A stretch of 56,384 nucleotides of DNA. Origin: Halocafeteria seosinensis. Lineage: Eukaryota. The translations under genes and the position numbers were made by a program. Each line of letters opens with the position of its first letter. Within the stretch, counting starts at the first letter, position 1. Below are positions 1 through 12,405 of the stretch, one piece after another. A model generated the notes under the pieces. It was not told the origin of the DNA and searched no databases. It saw nothing but the letters and a program-made list of their open reading frames with translations. The stretch is from positions 1-56,384 of the forward strand of contig LVLI01000169.1 of assembly GCA_001687465.1 (NCBI GenBank). The letters run 5' to 3'.

Positions 1-319
1 CCCCCAGTGTCAAGGCACAAAAAAGGTCCCACTTGCTGTGCCGGAACGGACCATTTATTATACGCGCCGCAATATGGGTTGGTCACCTGTAGTTTAGGAG
101 CCCAGTGACAGGGTGTGTCACTGGCCGAACTTTGTACGTTTTACGTGGCTCAGCAGGGAGTGGAAGTTTACCCGAGGACTTCCCAAGTGTGAAGCCAACT
201 TTGTTGACTGGTACTATTCATGCGTTGTGTAAAGGACATTATAGGCGCTCGTTCTCTGGAGCACTGTGCTCGTTTGGATATCACAGTTTCTACGGAGGTT
301 CGCGAAGCAGCGTGTGGAA

Positions 320-1285
320 ATGGTCAAGCGGGCCAGAATTCTGATGTTTACGTCCTTGCTGGTCGTGGGAGCCCTGCTTAATATCGTATATTTCACGGAA
401 TTGCCTGGGATGGTACTTGATGCACCCCGCAATATAAAGGATTACATCTTCTTCGGCGCTATATTAAGGGAGCTCGAGCCGGTGGAATTCAGGAAGTCCC
501 CGCTCAATATGGGTCAGAGACCATTATATGTAACGCTTACAAGCATTGCAGGAAAACAGGAAAAGCTGTTTGATGTAGTCAACTCGTTACTGCACCAAAG
601 CATTGTCCCCGATAAAATCTTCTTGTATTTGTCCCGCGAACCGTACCTGCAGGACACGGGATTTTCTTCGGAAGGCGTGAGTTACCCTGCACTTGTTGAT
701 TTGATTCGAACTCACGAGATAGTGGAAGTGAAGTGGGTCGAGAACACCGGTCCCTACCGAAAACTGGTTCCGCTCCTCCGTGAAAAGTGGAATGAAGACG
801 TTTTGCTTGCACAAGTGGATGATGATATTAGGTATCATCCTTACCTCTTGGAAAATTTGGTGTTAGGCTATAATATGTTCAACTGCGTCGCAGCGGGTAG
901 AGCATGGGTGATGAGAGGTGTCGAGAAGGATGAAGACATCGTGAACTGGAAGTATGATAAATGGAAGTATGCTACGAAGTGGATGCCGCAAAAGTACGTA
1001 ATGTCTACTGGAATGGGAGGAGTTCTGTATCACCCGAAAATGTTTCACAAGACTCCGTGGGTATTAGATCAAACAAAGTTTCTCCAACTAGCTCCGTTTG
1101 GAGACGATATATGGTTCAATTTGGCACGTATCGCTAATGACGTTCCGTGCGTCACCATTAGGGATACTGTGATGAGCAAGAACGGGATAAAAGGGCTGTC
1201 GCTGTGGCGAAACTATAACAGTCATGGAAATGACAAGCAGATTCATGACACTATGAACTTCGTTTTACAGTCGAAAAAGAATTAG
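320..1285 (+). CDS. Intronless GT-A-fold glycosyltransferase-like protein with N-terminal membrane anchor (type II)
   Basis: First ATG of ORF 266..1285 is at 320. Hydrophobic segment ILMFTSLLVVGALLNIVYF; motifs YVTLTSI, NTGPYRKL, VDDDIRY (DxD), GMGGVLY and APFGDDIWF typical of GT-A proteins. Confidence 0.7.
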   Translation: MVKRARILMFTSLLVVGALLNIVYFTELPGMVLDAPRNIKDYIFFGAILRELEPVEFRKSPLNMGQRPLYVTLTSIAGKQEKLFDVVNSLLHQSIVPDKIFLYLSREPYLQDTGFSSEGVSYPALVDLIRTHEIVEVKWVENTGPYRKLVPLLREKWNEDVLLAQVDDDIRYHPYLLENLVLGYNMFNCVAAGRAWVMRGVEKDEDIVNWKYDKWKYATKWMPQKYVMSTGMGGVLYHPKMFHKTPWVLDQTKFLQLAPFGDDIWFNLARIANDVPCVTIRDTVMSKNGIKGLSLWRNYNSHGNDKQIHDTMNFVLQSKKN

Positions 1286-2256
1286 CGTGTTAGGCATGTT
1301 AGATATGGTTTGGGATCTGCAACGAGGGGCATGAAAAGTAATGGTGCATCACTGTATGTTGTTGTTTCGTTCCAAGCGGACCCTTATGATAGTATGAAGT
1401 GGGTTACAAAAATTAGTGTCTTCTACACCTAATGTAGATGATACGTTGCTCACCAGTGCGCTTAAGGATATGGCCGAAATTGTGCCGGTATCCAACGCGT
1501 TGTACTCGACTTCGTTCAACTAAGGGCCATCCCCATCATTAGGTTACGGTAATACACATCTGAGTGACCACCCGGTGCAATCATGAGGCATTAGGGTATC
1601 CAGCTATTCTCCCCTGCCCCACTGTCCATTTGTTTGTTGTTGAACTTGAAACGGTAACGTGGTTAATTTCCCCAACTCCGGAGGCCGGAGTCCCCCAACT
1701 TAACCAAACTAGATGAGAAGAGGCCTCTCCTAGCAAAATTGGGCCATCATCTCGAGTAAATAAGGGTATTTGGGACAGTATAAGCATTCACGTTGACTAC
1801 ATACATTGTGCACTCTGACTGTTACTTCCAACAAGCTTGTCTAAAAGCCTGTCGCAACTGCGACACCAGGTCGCATGCCTAGAATCTGTCTGACGTATGT
1901 GCCTTCCTTACACCACTCATACAGCACCATTTTGGATTCAAAACTTCTCAAAATAAATTCTGATCAGCACAAAGTTACAGTCTGACTTAACTGGGCAACG
2001 AACAGGTGTAGCTGTAACTCATTCTTTTGCCACCAGGATTTCCAGCTTGCTTCTGACTGTGCTGAAAGCTGAAAATCCCCCTAAATTACGGGTGCACGAT
2101 TACGACGCATTCGGCCGTATTTGGGATCCATCTCGACGCGGCGCTATCCGACGAGGCTGATTCACTGAAGAACAGCAGCAGATGACGAGTCATTGGGTGA
2201 TGAGCAACACACTCCTCATTGTTGAAGACAATATACCACAAGGGTAACTCCAGAAG

Positions 2257-5200
2257 ATGAATTGGATAATTTTTCTATTCGTGTTGATCACTGTTCTTCT
2301 GGGGAATTGCGGCCATGCTGAAGGTAAGAGCGATACGTAGTCGCTTGGGTTGCAAATAACCGTCATGGCTTCTTGTTATGCAGAGCCGCCTCAATCCGTA
2401 CATTACCATGAATACGTGGTCATTGGAGCTGGTCCAGCAGGATTACAGTATTCATGGTTCCTCAAAACCGCAGGTCGCGACTATGTCACTCTCGAAAAAT
2501 CTGAAAGTGCAGGTGGGAGTTTCAATTTTCTTCCTCGCTGGAGAAGACTTATTTCTGTTAACAAGGTCCATTTAGGTAAGCAGGTATTGCCGTCGGTGTA
2601 GGTTGAGCTAACTTCTACACAAAGCCAATGATATTACGACTGCAGATAGGGACAATCTGGATTTCAACCTGAGACATGATTGGAATTCTTTGCTTAGTGA
2701 TCCAAGTCACATGATGACCCGGATTATGAAGACAAATCCGAAGTTTCTCGCTAGGGTGTTTCCTGATGCTTTGCAAGGCAACAGTTCAATGGAGATCAAG
2801 GTCTCTGCCGGTGGCCAAAATTACAGCCTCAGGGAACTCGTGCAACTTTGCTGCACTGAAGCAGGCACCCGAGTCTGGAGCGAGGACGAGTCTGTGGTTA
2901 ACAATGAGACGTTTGCTGGCGTTTGCCAGTCTTTGCCTCATTGGATGCTCGGTTGTTTGAGCTCTAGTGACTCCAGGCTTAGTGTAGATGATGCCATCCC
3001 TGGAATACTGATGAGACATTTCACTCACGAATATTTTCCGCATGCTGACCATCTCGTGGACTACCTTAATTCCTTTGCGAGTATTACTCAGCCAAATATT
3101 GTTTATAATACGACAGTAGTTGGGATCACGAAGCCGGAAGACATTCCGGCTTCCCTTTCCGCACACTCCGAGAATGTGCGGTACCGAGTCGTAACAGCGG
3201 CTGGAGAGGAGTACTTTTGCAAGAAACTGGTCCTCGCGCTTGGCCTCACGAAGCCAACCAAGCCCGAACTGTTTAAGGGACATGAGCTTCTGCATTCATA
3301 CGCTACCGCCCCTACGAACTTAGATGCATATAAAGGTAAGAAGGTTCTGATTATAGGCCGCGGAAACGGAGCCATGGAGTTTGCGGACAACGTCATGAAC
3401 GTTGCTGCCTACGTTCACCTTTTAGGTATGTAATGCTTGGATGCTTGTTGTGGGAATTGGGTTGTAATTGGAGTGGGTGTTTAAAGTACAGGAGGCATAC
3501 ACCGCCGGTTGCGCTTAGCATGGGAATCTCATTATCCTGGCGATCTACGAGCGATCCACAACAAAGTGTTGGAGAGTTATCAGCTGAAGACATTAGATGG
3601 TAGGTGATTCTTCAATTCCATGAACGGCTGCCATAAAATTTCAGACAAATGTGGGTCATTCCGCAGCATTAATCGAAGCTCCATTGGAGCCGGTGTCCTT
3701 CGAGACTATTGCAAAGGAGGACGTTGAAAAGTATAAACGACGGCAGCAATACACGTACCCTTTCAGCCCATTCACCGACTCACTGGTTAAGGTGGCAACG
3801 TCTGATTCTATTCGCTCAGCTTTACATGATACTGTCTCAACATTGCGCAATGGCCTGGAGAGTATTCCGCGGAGGAATCTGAAAGTGCACGATAGACTGT
3901 CTGCGGCAACGCACAGTACGGGAACTGTCTACTATCCGGGTGATGGGCTTCATGGTCAGATGCACATCGATAATTACACTGACCATATCAACCAATCAGT
4001 TTTACCGTCTTCACTTCGCTCGCGGCCACTCAAACGTGATGATGGTGACGGGGAAATTCTTGGGCGGAATTTGTTTGATGAGCCATCTGTAGAAGACGGA
4101 TTATTGTAAGTTTCTCGCCGAATCAGCAAAGGCGCAGTTTTCTTGTCAGTAGTTACCTCTTGGTGTGCTGCAGTTATCGTCATCCACGAAGCGCATACGA
4201 TATAGTTATAGCGTGCTTAGGATGGAAGTTTGATACCAGTTTGTTTAATGAGTCAGCGCTGCCTGCCCTCGATAAAATGGAGAAATTTCCGATTATTACG
4301 CCTCGGTATGAGTCGGTCAATAATGAAGGGATGTACTTCGTTGGTACAGCATCGCATTCGATTGATGTCCGCGTTGCCGCCGGGGGTTTTATTCATGGAT
4401 TCCGGTATACCGCGAGGGCGCTGCATCGTATCGACGAAGAAATGCGCTCTATTGACGTGGGCGAATTGCAAACTATATGGCCGTTCCATGTTATCCAGCC
4501 AAAGCGGATTCTCCATGGGGCAACCCAACCGAGCTTGTTGGATCGTCTGGTAACTCGCATACAGAATAGACTGAATCACGCAAGTGGATTGTACCAGATG
4601 TTTAATGGCCACTTACAGGATGTGATCCTGTTTGAACCAGTGGAACACGCTGAGTTGGATCCTGAGGGATATTTCTTCCGAACTCCGGAAGACGATAATG
4701 TAATGTTGCCATGGTTCCATTCCGGGGACCCTGTCGAGCAACTGACCCGCGCATGGGCGGATGGGGAATTATCTAAGTCTCTTGACTATTTTTCTGGAAT
4801 AAGAGCATTTTATTTCGAGGATGTCCCCTGTCACGCTGTGCCCTACCTGGTGCGTCGGTGGGCTTATAGGTTGTTCGGAAACGCTCTGTTTCGACGAGGA
4901 GTGTGTACTGAAGCACCGGATCTGGCGAGCGAAATTGACTGCGTACTTCGTCAGTACAACGGAGTTCGATATTCGACAATTTACTTAGAATATTCATCTG
5001 AGTGGAGCATTGCAAATGGCAGTAGGGATCCGTTCAAGCCGGAAAGAGTTCTCGGCTCAAATGACAGACCGGAAGATTCCGGTTTTCTACATCCTCGCAT
5101 GCGGACGTACGATACGATGAAAGAAGATGGGGAGGGGTTCACAACTACAATCCTCGAACAGTTGCAGCGTAATGGTGTTCGGCCACCGAAGAAGCCCGAG

Positions 5201-6257
5201 TCTCCCAGCTACACTGAAGCCACGGGGGATGCAGCAAGAGACACTGAAGGAATGTATGCCTCGATGGATGTTCGAGACAGGAATCACGTTATTTCTGAAG
5301 CGATTTTTGAGGACTTTTCCGCCGAGTTTTATACATATTGGAAAGCTACGCGACCACTCCAGCGGTACTTTATTGAGACGCTTCGGCGACATTGTCTCAT
5401 ATATTTCTTGGACAAAATGTCGTATCTCTCGGGAAATGTAGAATCTGATATTCCTGATAATTTAATTAACGGTGCCGCCCAAGTCTTTTTCGCTCATGAC
5501 ATTGGGAGCCAGGTCTTCCTTTTGGATAATCCTGGGAGCCCGCATGCTGTGGCCCGTTCTAATCGGACGCATATGATTGCGGAGGCGGTTGGTAATGTGC
5601 ATTGGCCATGCAAGGGAGATATTGCGTTCATTTTGCGCAGCCAGGTCTTCGGAATGGCTTCGGGATTTTCCCGCCGACGATCACGTCGCGACTTAACAAA
5701 AGTAAGCGAATCGGTTTTATGGGAATGTTGTTGCGCATATTTGGTGGGTTTTGAACATTGCTTGTTTACTGCAGTTGTCGAATTCACTGCGCGGTGTTAC
5801 CGCTGTAGTATCGGGTGAGGGTGATATGACAGAGGAGATCTATTACCTGGCGCTTCAGATGTCAGCAAAGCTTCCGGAGATACCTATGTTTCTGTTAGGA
5901 TGTAATGCCTTCCTTCTTGAAGGTCCGCCATTCCGTGTACCTGTCGTAGAGCATCCTAGCAATGCAACTGCCATAGAGGTGTGGCTCAATCGACAGAAAG
6001 TTTTGACCCTTGACTTAGGAGAGCTTGAGATCGATACACCATCATTCGAATGCTCTGATGGCGATCCGACATCGACAGTCTTATCATGTTCAAATCAGTG
6101 CAACCCCGATGTATTCTCCAATATCGTCGACAGTCGAATCGCAAGGGTTGGCGACGACCCAAGCAATGCCACTGTGATAGAGCAAATAGTGCTTCCGTCG
6201 ATGAGGTACCTCATTAGGTACTGCTTGTCGGAGGACAGTTACGCTGATATCTACTAA
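2257..6257 (+). CDS. FOXRED2: FOXRED2/ERFAD-like FAD-dependent oxidoreductase, copy A (7 exons)
   Basis: Signal peptide exon 2257-2323 ([16 protein letters not shown]). Spliced product has [59 protein letters not shown] and [21 protein letters not shown] introns at 2324-2383, 2576-2645, ~3427-3491, ~3600-3666, ~4106-4173 and ~5702-5774. Confidence 0.88.
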
Positions 6258-6657
6258 CAGGTGTACAGCACACATCACTTCTACGTTAACTGAAAATGTA
6301 CAGAGGCTTCGCCGAAACTGTCGCAACTTGGTGGTACTACTGGTTATAACGTAACTTCTCGAGAACCACTCGTAGCATATCGGTGCTTCTAATTCTTTCA
6401 TAAAAGGTTTGTTGCTACCATAGGAATAGGATTTCGTATTATATGAACCACATGGGACGAAGATCCCAACCCGAGGAAATGCACCTATATAAGTTTCATC
6501 GCTTTGCATTGTGTTCTTCAATGGTCGGGAGTGGTTTGTTCATTGACCCAGCCACTTTCATTAATTTGGCTGTCATTGTCCCCATTAATGATTAAGTATC
6601 CTTTGCAGCTTATATTTGGATTGTATAGTTCTTCGAGGATTTTTGTCGAGAGTGATA

Positions 6658-7771
6658 ATGTCTGAAGCTGACCGTGCGACCTTGGAGAAGGGTGCCAAGA
6701 CTTCCCAAAATCAGTCAAATTCCATTGACGCCGCCATTTCAGAGCTCCACCGTCTCGCCGACACATTGGAAGAAGCGGCAACAGATGGCGAAGCAATGGC
6801 ACTGGAAAATGGGGCGGGGGAAATGGTGGAAAGCACACAGAACTTAGCGAATGTACGCAGATGAGTCAACCCAACGGACATCTTCGATTCCTCAGGCTGT
6901 TACACACATACTTGTCATTCTTTTGTCGCGGCAGGATTACATGGGCGATCTCGCGAATATCACGCATCGTGCTGCGAGTGGATTGGAGCAGTTCATCGCG
7001 AAACAGGCTGATGCGACGGAATGCGCGACTTCCCAAGTTCAACTGATTCTGGGCGTAAGTGGAACTGTCGTGATATTCTACAGTGTGGCCGTCGACACGA
7101 TGTTTGGATGATTTCCGTCACAATTCGCACTGTCCCTGCAGAGATTGGGGCTGATCCAAGAACAAGTAGGACGGGATAGCTTGTGGAGCCTTGAAGCAAC
7201 TCCTCAACCGCTGTATCCAGAATCCCGAACCGTCCCTATAGAAAACCCAAAGAGTTCACGAGACGAAGAAATTCCCATACAGAAACGCTTAGATAAAGTA
7301 GAGTTGGTACGTGTAAAAGGCATTGTGCGCTAATTGGCTTGCTCTACACACTCGTATGCACTGCAAACGTAGACTGAAAAACCAACTGGAATGAATGCTC
7401 CTCCCCCAGGATTCGCCGTTCGAGAGGCTTTCGCACAACCGACATCGCAACATGAGCGGACATCATCGAACGTATCGGGAATAAGCGCAACTCATACTGT
7501 ACCGAAAAAGCGTCCCACGCACAAATCGTCGGCCTCGGTACTGCCTTCAGTAGACCAACTTGAATCGCTAGAAAACGAAACGGGAGGGTCCTCAACTCAA
7601 GAAGCAAATAGTACACAAAGACCTAAACGAGCGGAGGAAATGACCACGGAACAAGACACGGCTACGCCGGCAAGCAACAAAGGTAACGAGGAGGGGAACA
7701 ATGAAGGAGAAGGGGATAGTGGTCCGGGTACGCCTCCACCTGTGCCTGCTCGGCCGCAGCCAACTTCGTAA
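6658..7771 (+). CDS. Abl-interactor (Abi/ABIL)-like SCAR/WAVE complex subunit, no SH3 domain (4 exons)
   Basis: Introns 6853-6934, 7055-7141 and 7307-7372 join SELHRLADTLEE...VESTQNLANDYMGDLANITHRAASGLEQFIAKQADATECATSQVQLILGRLGLIQEQVGRDSL. This aligns by eye with the Abi N-terminal helical region (NLTRVADYCE...LEETK...QA...EKVARREI). Proline-rich tail PGTPPPVPARP. Confidence 0.55.
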
Positions 7772-7854
7772 AATATGTAACTGAGTGCTTCTGTCATGCG
7801 TTCATTCGTTCTGCAGTGTTGAAGCGACCAAAATATCTAACTAGTCTAAACACT

Positions 7855-10800
7855 CTATGACTTCGACTTCTTTTTCTGTGATCCCTTCTTCTCCCCTTTA
7901 TCAGCGCCACTTTTACCTTTGCCCTGTTTGTTTTGCCCCTTCACTTGAGCGTTAGATACAATTCTTACATTCCCAACCATAATCTGCGTCACCTCTGGCT
8001 CCGGTATCGATTTGATCAATTCGGTTTCCCTCTTAGTACCCATCTCTTTAGCAAACCTCAAAAGTGCATCAACGGCACCACGCCCTCCTTTACCCTTTTT
8101 CTGGCCTCCGGGGACAAGCTTAACTTTGTATTTGTACGGTCCTTGCAAGGCAGAATACGGAGCTACCATGGCAATCGCATGGAGTAAGACATCGTCTTCC
8201 CGGGGATTTCCCACAAGGGCTGCTAGAGCCAATGCTTCCCCAGAGTATTCCTTGCCGTCTATTGACAACACTGTTTGACCACCTGATCCAGTCTTCAGGT
8301 TTTCATCGTCAGAGTCTGAGCCTTCATTATCCTCGTCTGTTTTCGCCTTATCCTGCAGCATCTGACCAATCCTTTGGCTAGAGGAGGCCATTTCAGATGG
8401 ATCCAAACGGGATGACAACTCCCCTTGTGCTTGCCTCACTTCGCGAATACTCTCTACTTCGGACTTCGAACCGTAGTCCTCACCTATCCCCGAGAAGTCA
8501 ACTGGGTTCGTTATCGATACCTCAGCCGGAGTGATCGTGGAAGCTGTTTCCGCACTACCAACTTGGGTGTCCTCTTGCGGAAGCGATTTCACACCTAAAG
8601 CATACATGGCCAATTCGCGATCTTCTTCATCCTGTTCTTCGTATTTCTTCCGTCTCCTCTGCTGTTTCTTGGTTCTTCTCGAGTTTTGATTCTGCTTCGA
8701 TGATTTAGTTCCTATTGAACTGGCTCCGTCTTTTCCATGAGTCGATTTGTCATCCGTAGCGTCTCCAGTCGAACGATGTCGACGTCTTTCCTCTTCACGC
8801 TGTAATGCCAATTTTAACGCTTCTTGCTGTGAAAGTGATTCCTCTTCCTCTATTTTCTTCGCTCGTTTCCGCACTTTCGCTGAAATTTTCCCTCCAGATC
8901 CAATACCTTGGCCTCCGAGCGGATTCTCAAATTTCTCCGTAGACTGGCTTTCATTTCTTGTTATGTCACTTAGGCTAGTACTACTTGCAGCACCAGTACT
9001 TGCTTCAACCAAAGAAGACTCCACAATTGGGGAGTCTGTTTGAGACGCGGACGTTGCTGTATCGGCAACAAGCGCTTTTCCCAGTTTTTCATCCGGATTA
9101 ATATTATCATGATCCTCACTTTCTTCTTCTGTAGATAGCGGAGGCAGCTCCGCGCGAACCCCCCGATCATAGAGATGGTTTGCAACGCAATTGTCATCGA
9201 CACGAAACAAAACAGTCATTCCCATCTCCATTTTCACGGGAGGAAGCATATTTTTCTGCCCTCGAATCATGAACGACCCAGTGGAGAGGTACTCTCCCGT
9301 GGGCGCCGTTTTGGAAACTTGGTGGGCGTATACCCACCATGCGCTTGTTGGAATCCCGGAGTTCCATTGTGAAGACATGTTTACGGCAAACGCACCAGCC
9401 TGTTCCATTGAGGGCTGTAAAAGTTGAAGATGCTCGCTAGCTCTTGGATTGTCCGAAGGATTTCGTAAAACACACGTAGCTGAGCCATGCGCATCTGCGT
9501 GAATGTAAGCATCCTGAGGTCGTAAGTATTTTCGCACCAACTGCTCATTTTGTTGTGCATCTCGTCCAGCGACGACGACGAGGCCTTCGGTGGTAATAAA
9601 CCAGTAGAATTTTTCAAACCATAATCGCTTTCGGGCAACCCTTCCTTCATCGCGTTGTAATGAGGTCTCGGCCTCCTTAATGATCTCATTTGCTCGTTGC
9701 TCTGCATTCTTCAAAGCGTGCGTTCCAGCCATCTCCGTTTTTTCTGCTTTGATCCGAGACCCTTTAGAGCGCCGATAGAGGAGCGATGCATTCCCCGCCG
9801 CTGTATTTGTGATGTCAATCGCAACGTCCACCATGGCTTCCGCGGGGAGAGTGACAGCGCCTTTCTGCGCATTCCAGTTAGAGGTACCAACAGTGTTTGC
9901 ATAGGGCTCAGTTGTACCCAAATCACCCGTCTCTTGAGGAGCGGGTAATAAATCTTTGAGTTGTCGTAGTCTCTCCTCTCCTTCCTGGGGCGATGCTGAG
10001 TCATCAGTTTGACGACTATCGCGCAGCTTCTTTTTACTACCAGGATCCCAGTCGGGATCGTAAAGCTGTACGGTGATTTCGTTGTCTTCCAGGCTGCAAC
10101 CACTTATCAACAGTGCAAGTGGGTTACCCAGTCGCTGCTCTGCTATGATAGTTTGATAAATGGTCTCCCAAGGGAGGCCGTTTTGAATAGAGCTGTTGAG
10201 AACTCGAATGACGTGATCGACCACCTCCAGATTCGACTCAACCAAGGCAGCTTGTTTCATGAGTTGCTCCTGTTCTTCTTGTAACGCTTCAATCCGCTCT
10301 TGCTGATCCTTCTTCACACGTTCTATCCGGGCTTGTGCGGCTGAGAGGGCAGTCTGGTGCCGTTGCTCGCGACGGTACTGTTCGTAACGGGAAAAGTATT
10401 GCTCTGCTGCCTTGTCAAAAGACGGAAGCTGAGCATAAGCTACATTCTCATGCTGCGCGAACAGCATCGGAGTAATTTCCACAAATTCATACTCTTCACC
10501 GAATTGCTTCGGCTGTTGGGATTCATTATTTTGTACCTCGGCTGGTCTGGAAGCTCCACTATTGTACTCTTCCCAATCTAACACTTTTCCTGTCACTTGC
10601 CCGTCTGCTTTTTCGCCTCCACCTTTGACGATGATATATCCAGGACCAGGGTCAGATTGCAGTCTACGTAGCGTAGCTCCGAGCTCCCTGAGCTCCTTAA
10701 CAAGAGCCGTAGCAGTCTCTTCAGAGATTCCAGAAAATTGGTCCTTCCCTACGATTTCGTGGGGATCTAAGCCAGAGCGTAGCAAGGCATGCTCGATAAG

Positions 10801-11475
10801 GACAGGACCAAAATGCTCCAACCCCGTTCCCTTGGCACACAATACAGATTTCAAGACCCTTTGCTTCTTCTCCTTGCGGGTCGACACGACCACCTGAGCT
10901 TCTCTATCAAGCCGCGAAATAAGCTGCTGTGCTACAGTAGTATCGTCACGGCTTAGGTCGACAGCGTCAGATTCCTCAGTTTGTTGCTGTTGGAGTGTCC
11001 TGACGGCCGGTGTATATGTCTCTTTGACGGCCACTTTCCGACCTTCAGCATCCTGGTAGGAACGTAGCAGGGTCAAAATGGTAAAATCCTTATCAGTCAA
11101 AATGACGTTTCCGCCTTTATACAGCTCCAAAATGACGTGACACTCATATTCCTCCGAGCCAAACCGGAAGTCCACAACTCGATCAGCGCCTAATTGACGG
11201 CATCCAGTGAGTCGTTTCGACCGCAAATGCTTCCTTAATTTCATGCAGAAGTTGGACGGAATCTTCCTCTTATCCATGTCGGCGTATAGGGTATGCAATC
11301 GCATCCCTGATTCCATCAAAAGGTACACCTTTTCATGACCAGAGGTGTGCAGTTTGAACAGGAAGGTCTTGTTTCCGTCCACATCATACACGTTCGTCAG
11401 TCTTTGCCCGACGCACTTGGCCCTTATGTCGCGTACGAGACATAGGACGTCCACGAGCGACAGCCGAAGCTTCAT
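7855..11475 (-). CDS. NEMF: NEMF/Rqc2/Tae2 ribosome quality-control factor, 1206 aa, intronless
   Basis: NFACT-N start MKLRLSLVDV...NVYDVD...ESGMRLH...FCMKLRKHLR...DRVV; NFACT-R WFEKFYWFITTEG...GRDAQQNE...HADAHG...VSKTAPTGEYLSTGSFMIRG; NFACT-C APYSAL..YKYKVKLVPGGQKKGK. Confidence 0.96.
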   Translation of the reverse strand: MKLRLSLVDVLCLVRDIRAKCVGQRLTNVYDVDGNKTFLFKLHTSGHEKVYLLMESGMRLHTLYADMDKRKIPSNFCMKLRKHLRSKRLTGCRQLGADRVVDFRFGSEEYECHVILELYKGGNVILTDKDFTILTLLRSYQDAEGRKVAVKETYTPAVRTLQQQQTEESDAVDLSRDDTTVAQQLISRLDREAQVVVSTRKEKKQRVLKSVLCAKGTGLEHFGPVLIEHALLRSGLDPHEIVGKDQFSGISEETATALVKELRELGATLRRLQSDPGPGYIIVKGGGEKADGQVTGKVLDWEEYNSGASRPAEVQNNESQQPKQFGEEYEFVEITPMLFAQHENVAYAQLPSFDKAAEQYFSRYEQYRREQRHQTALSAAQARIERVKKDQQERIEALQEEQEQLMKQAALVESNLEVVDHVIRVLNSSIQNGLPWETIYQTIIAEQRLGNPLALLISGCSLEDNEITVQLYDPDWDPGSKKKLRDSRQTDDSASPQEGEERLRQLKDLLPAPQETGDLGTTEPYANTVGTSNWNAQKGAVTLPAEAMVDVAIDITNTAAGNASLLYRRSKGSRIKAEKTEMAGTHALKNAEQRANEIIKEAETSLQRDEGRVARKRLWFEKFYWFITTEGLVVVAGRDAQQNEQLVRKYLRPQDAYIHADAHGSATCVLRNPSDNPRASEHLQLLQPSMEQAGAFAVNMSSQWNSGIPTSAWWVYAHQVSKTAPTGEYLSTGSFMIRGQKNMLPPVKMEMGMTVLFRVDDNCVANHLYDRGVRAELPPLSTEEESEDHDNINPDEKLGKALVADTATSASQTDSPIVESSLVEASTGAASSTSLSDITRNESQSTEKFENPLGGQGIGSGGKISAKVRKRAKKIEEEESLSQQEALKLALQREEERRRHRSTGDATDDKSTHGKDGASSIGTKSSKQNQNSRRTKKQQRRRKKYEEQDEEDRELAMYALGVKSLPQEDTQVGSAETASTITPAEVSITNPVDFSGIGEDYGSKSEVESIREVRQAQGELSSRLDPSEMASSSQRIGQMLQDKAKTDEDNEGSDSDDENLKTGSGGQTVLSIDGKEYSGEALALAALVGNPREDDVLLHAIAMVAPYSALQGPYKYKVKLVPGGQKKGKGGRGAVDALLRFAKEMGTKRETELIKSIPEPEVTQIMVGNVRIVSNAQVKGQNKQGKGKSGADKGEKKGSQKKKSKS

Positions 11476-12405
11476 AGCTCTCTATACAAGCTTTCTACAC
11501 ACCTCCAGGTTGAAGTTACGGACAACAATCCATTTTCGCGTGCTCATTGTATATTTTCTACTTTCCTTAGAGCTTTATTGGGATTGTTCAAGCTTCGTAA
11601 ACGTATACATGGTATTTGCATGTACAGCACTTTGAAACATATAAGACTGCATTCATAAGAACACACCTGAAACAAACGTAGTGGCCACTCTGGCGCTCAA
11701 GGAGTGCGCATGACTATGTATTCTCATTGACGTAGATGCTTAAAGCATGACAATTAAGACTCTATAATCAACAGTGTATAACACACAGTATGGCATTGCA
11801 TACAACGTCCAGTGTCACTTGCTAATGCGTACATTCCTCTTCAACACTTCAGCTGCCCAGAGCGTTCATTCTCTTCAAGCAATAGACGCTCCTTCCTCTT
11901 GCTTCCACTCTAGACGACTTAAGTTCGAATCATGACCGTAGGTAGAAGCTTAATGGTTGACAGAACGTGCAAGATTCTCGAAATGTGGTCTACTTCAACA
12001 TACATGTCGTGGACAGCCCGGCTGAAGAGGCAGACCCGAACGGTTTCTGAATGGGCCAGAATTCAGCTGATTTATAGTACAGTTGCTTTCTTTCTTGTTT
12101 TGTCCAAGTTCTCCTGGGGTATCCGTCTCGTCTCTTTGCTGAGAGTGTGTCGTGGGGTTGGCCTATTGAACGTGGTTGGTGTAGTTCCTGTGTTCTTTTG
12201 GTGCAAAAGGGTTACGTGGCAGGCTGGTTGAGCAATGACTCTTTCTCTCACACTTTCCTAGCAAATACGCCCCGACAGCAGAGTCTCTGGAGGGTATCAG
12301 AACCGCTAGTGTAGTTTTCATCCTATAAGAGTCTACTCTATCACATAGACAGCAGAACTCTTAACCGGAGTCTACCGGAGTAAAGAAGGAACAGACCTGA
12401 AAGAA

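Noticed and set aside
1300..2250. Long intergenic gap with a small palindrome TGTCGCA-AC-TGCGACA near 1850
   Set aside because: No ORF homology, RNA boxes or terminal repeats; a single short hairpin is expected by chance.
11480..12400. ORF 11932..12231 and the gap between NEMF and FOXRED2 copy B
   Set aside because: No recognisable motifs; probably divergent promoter or UTR sequence.
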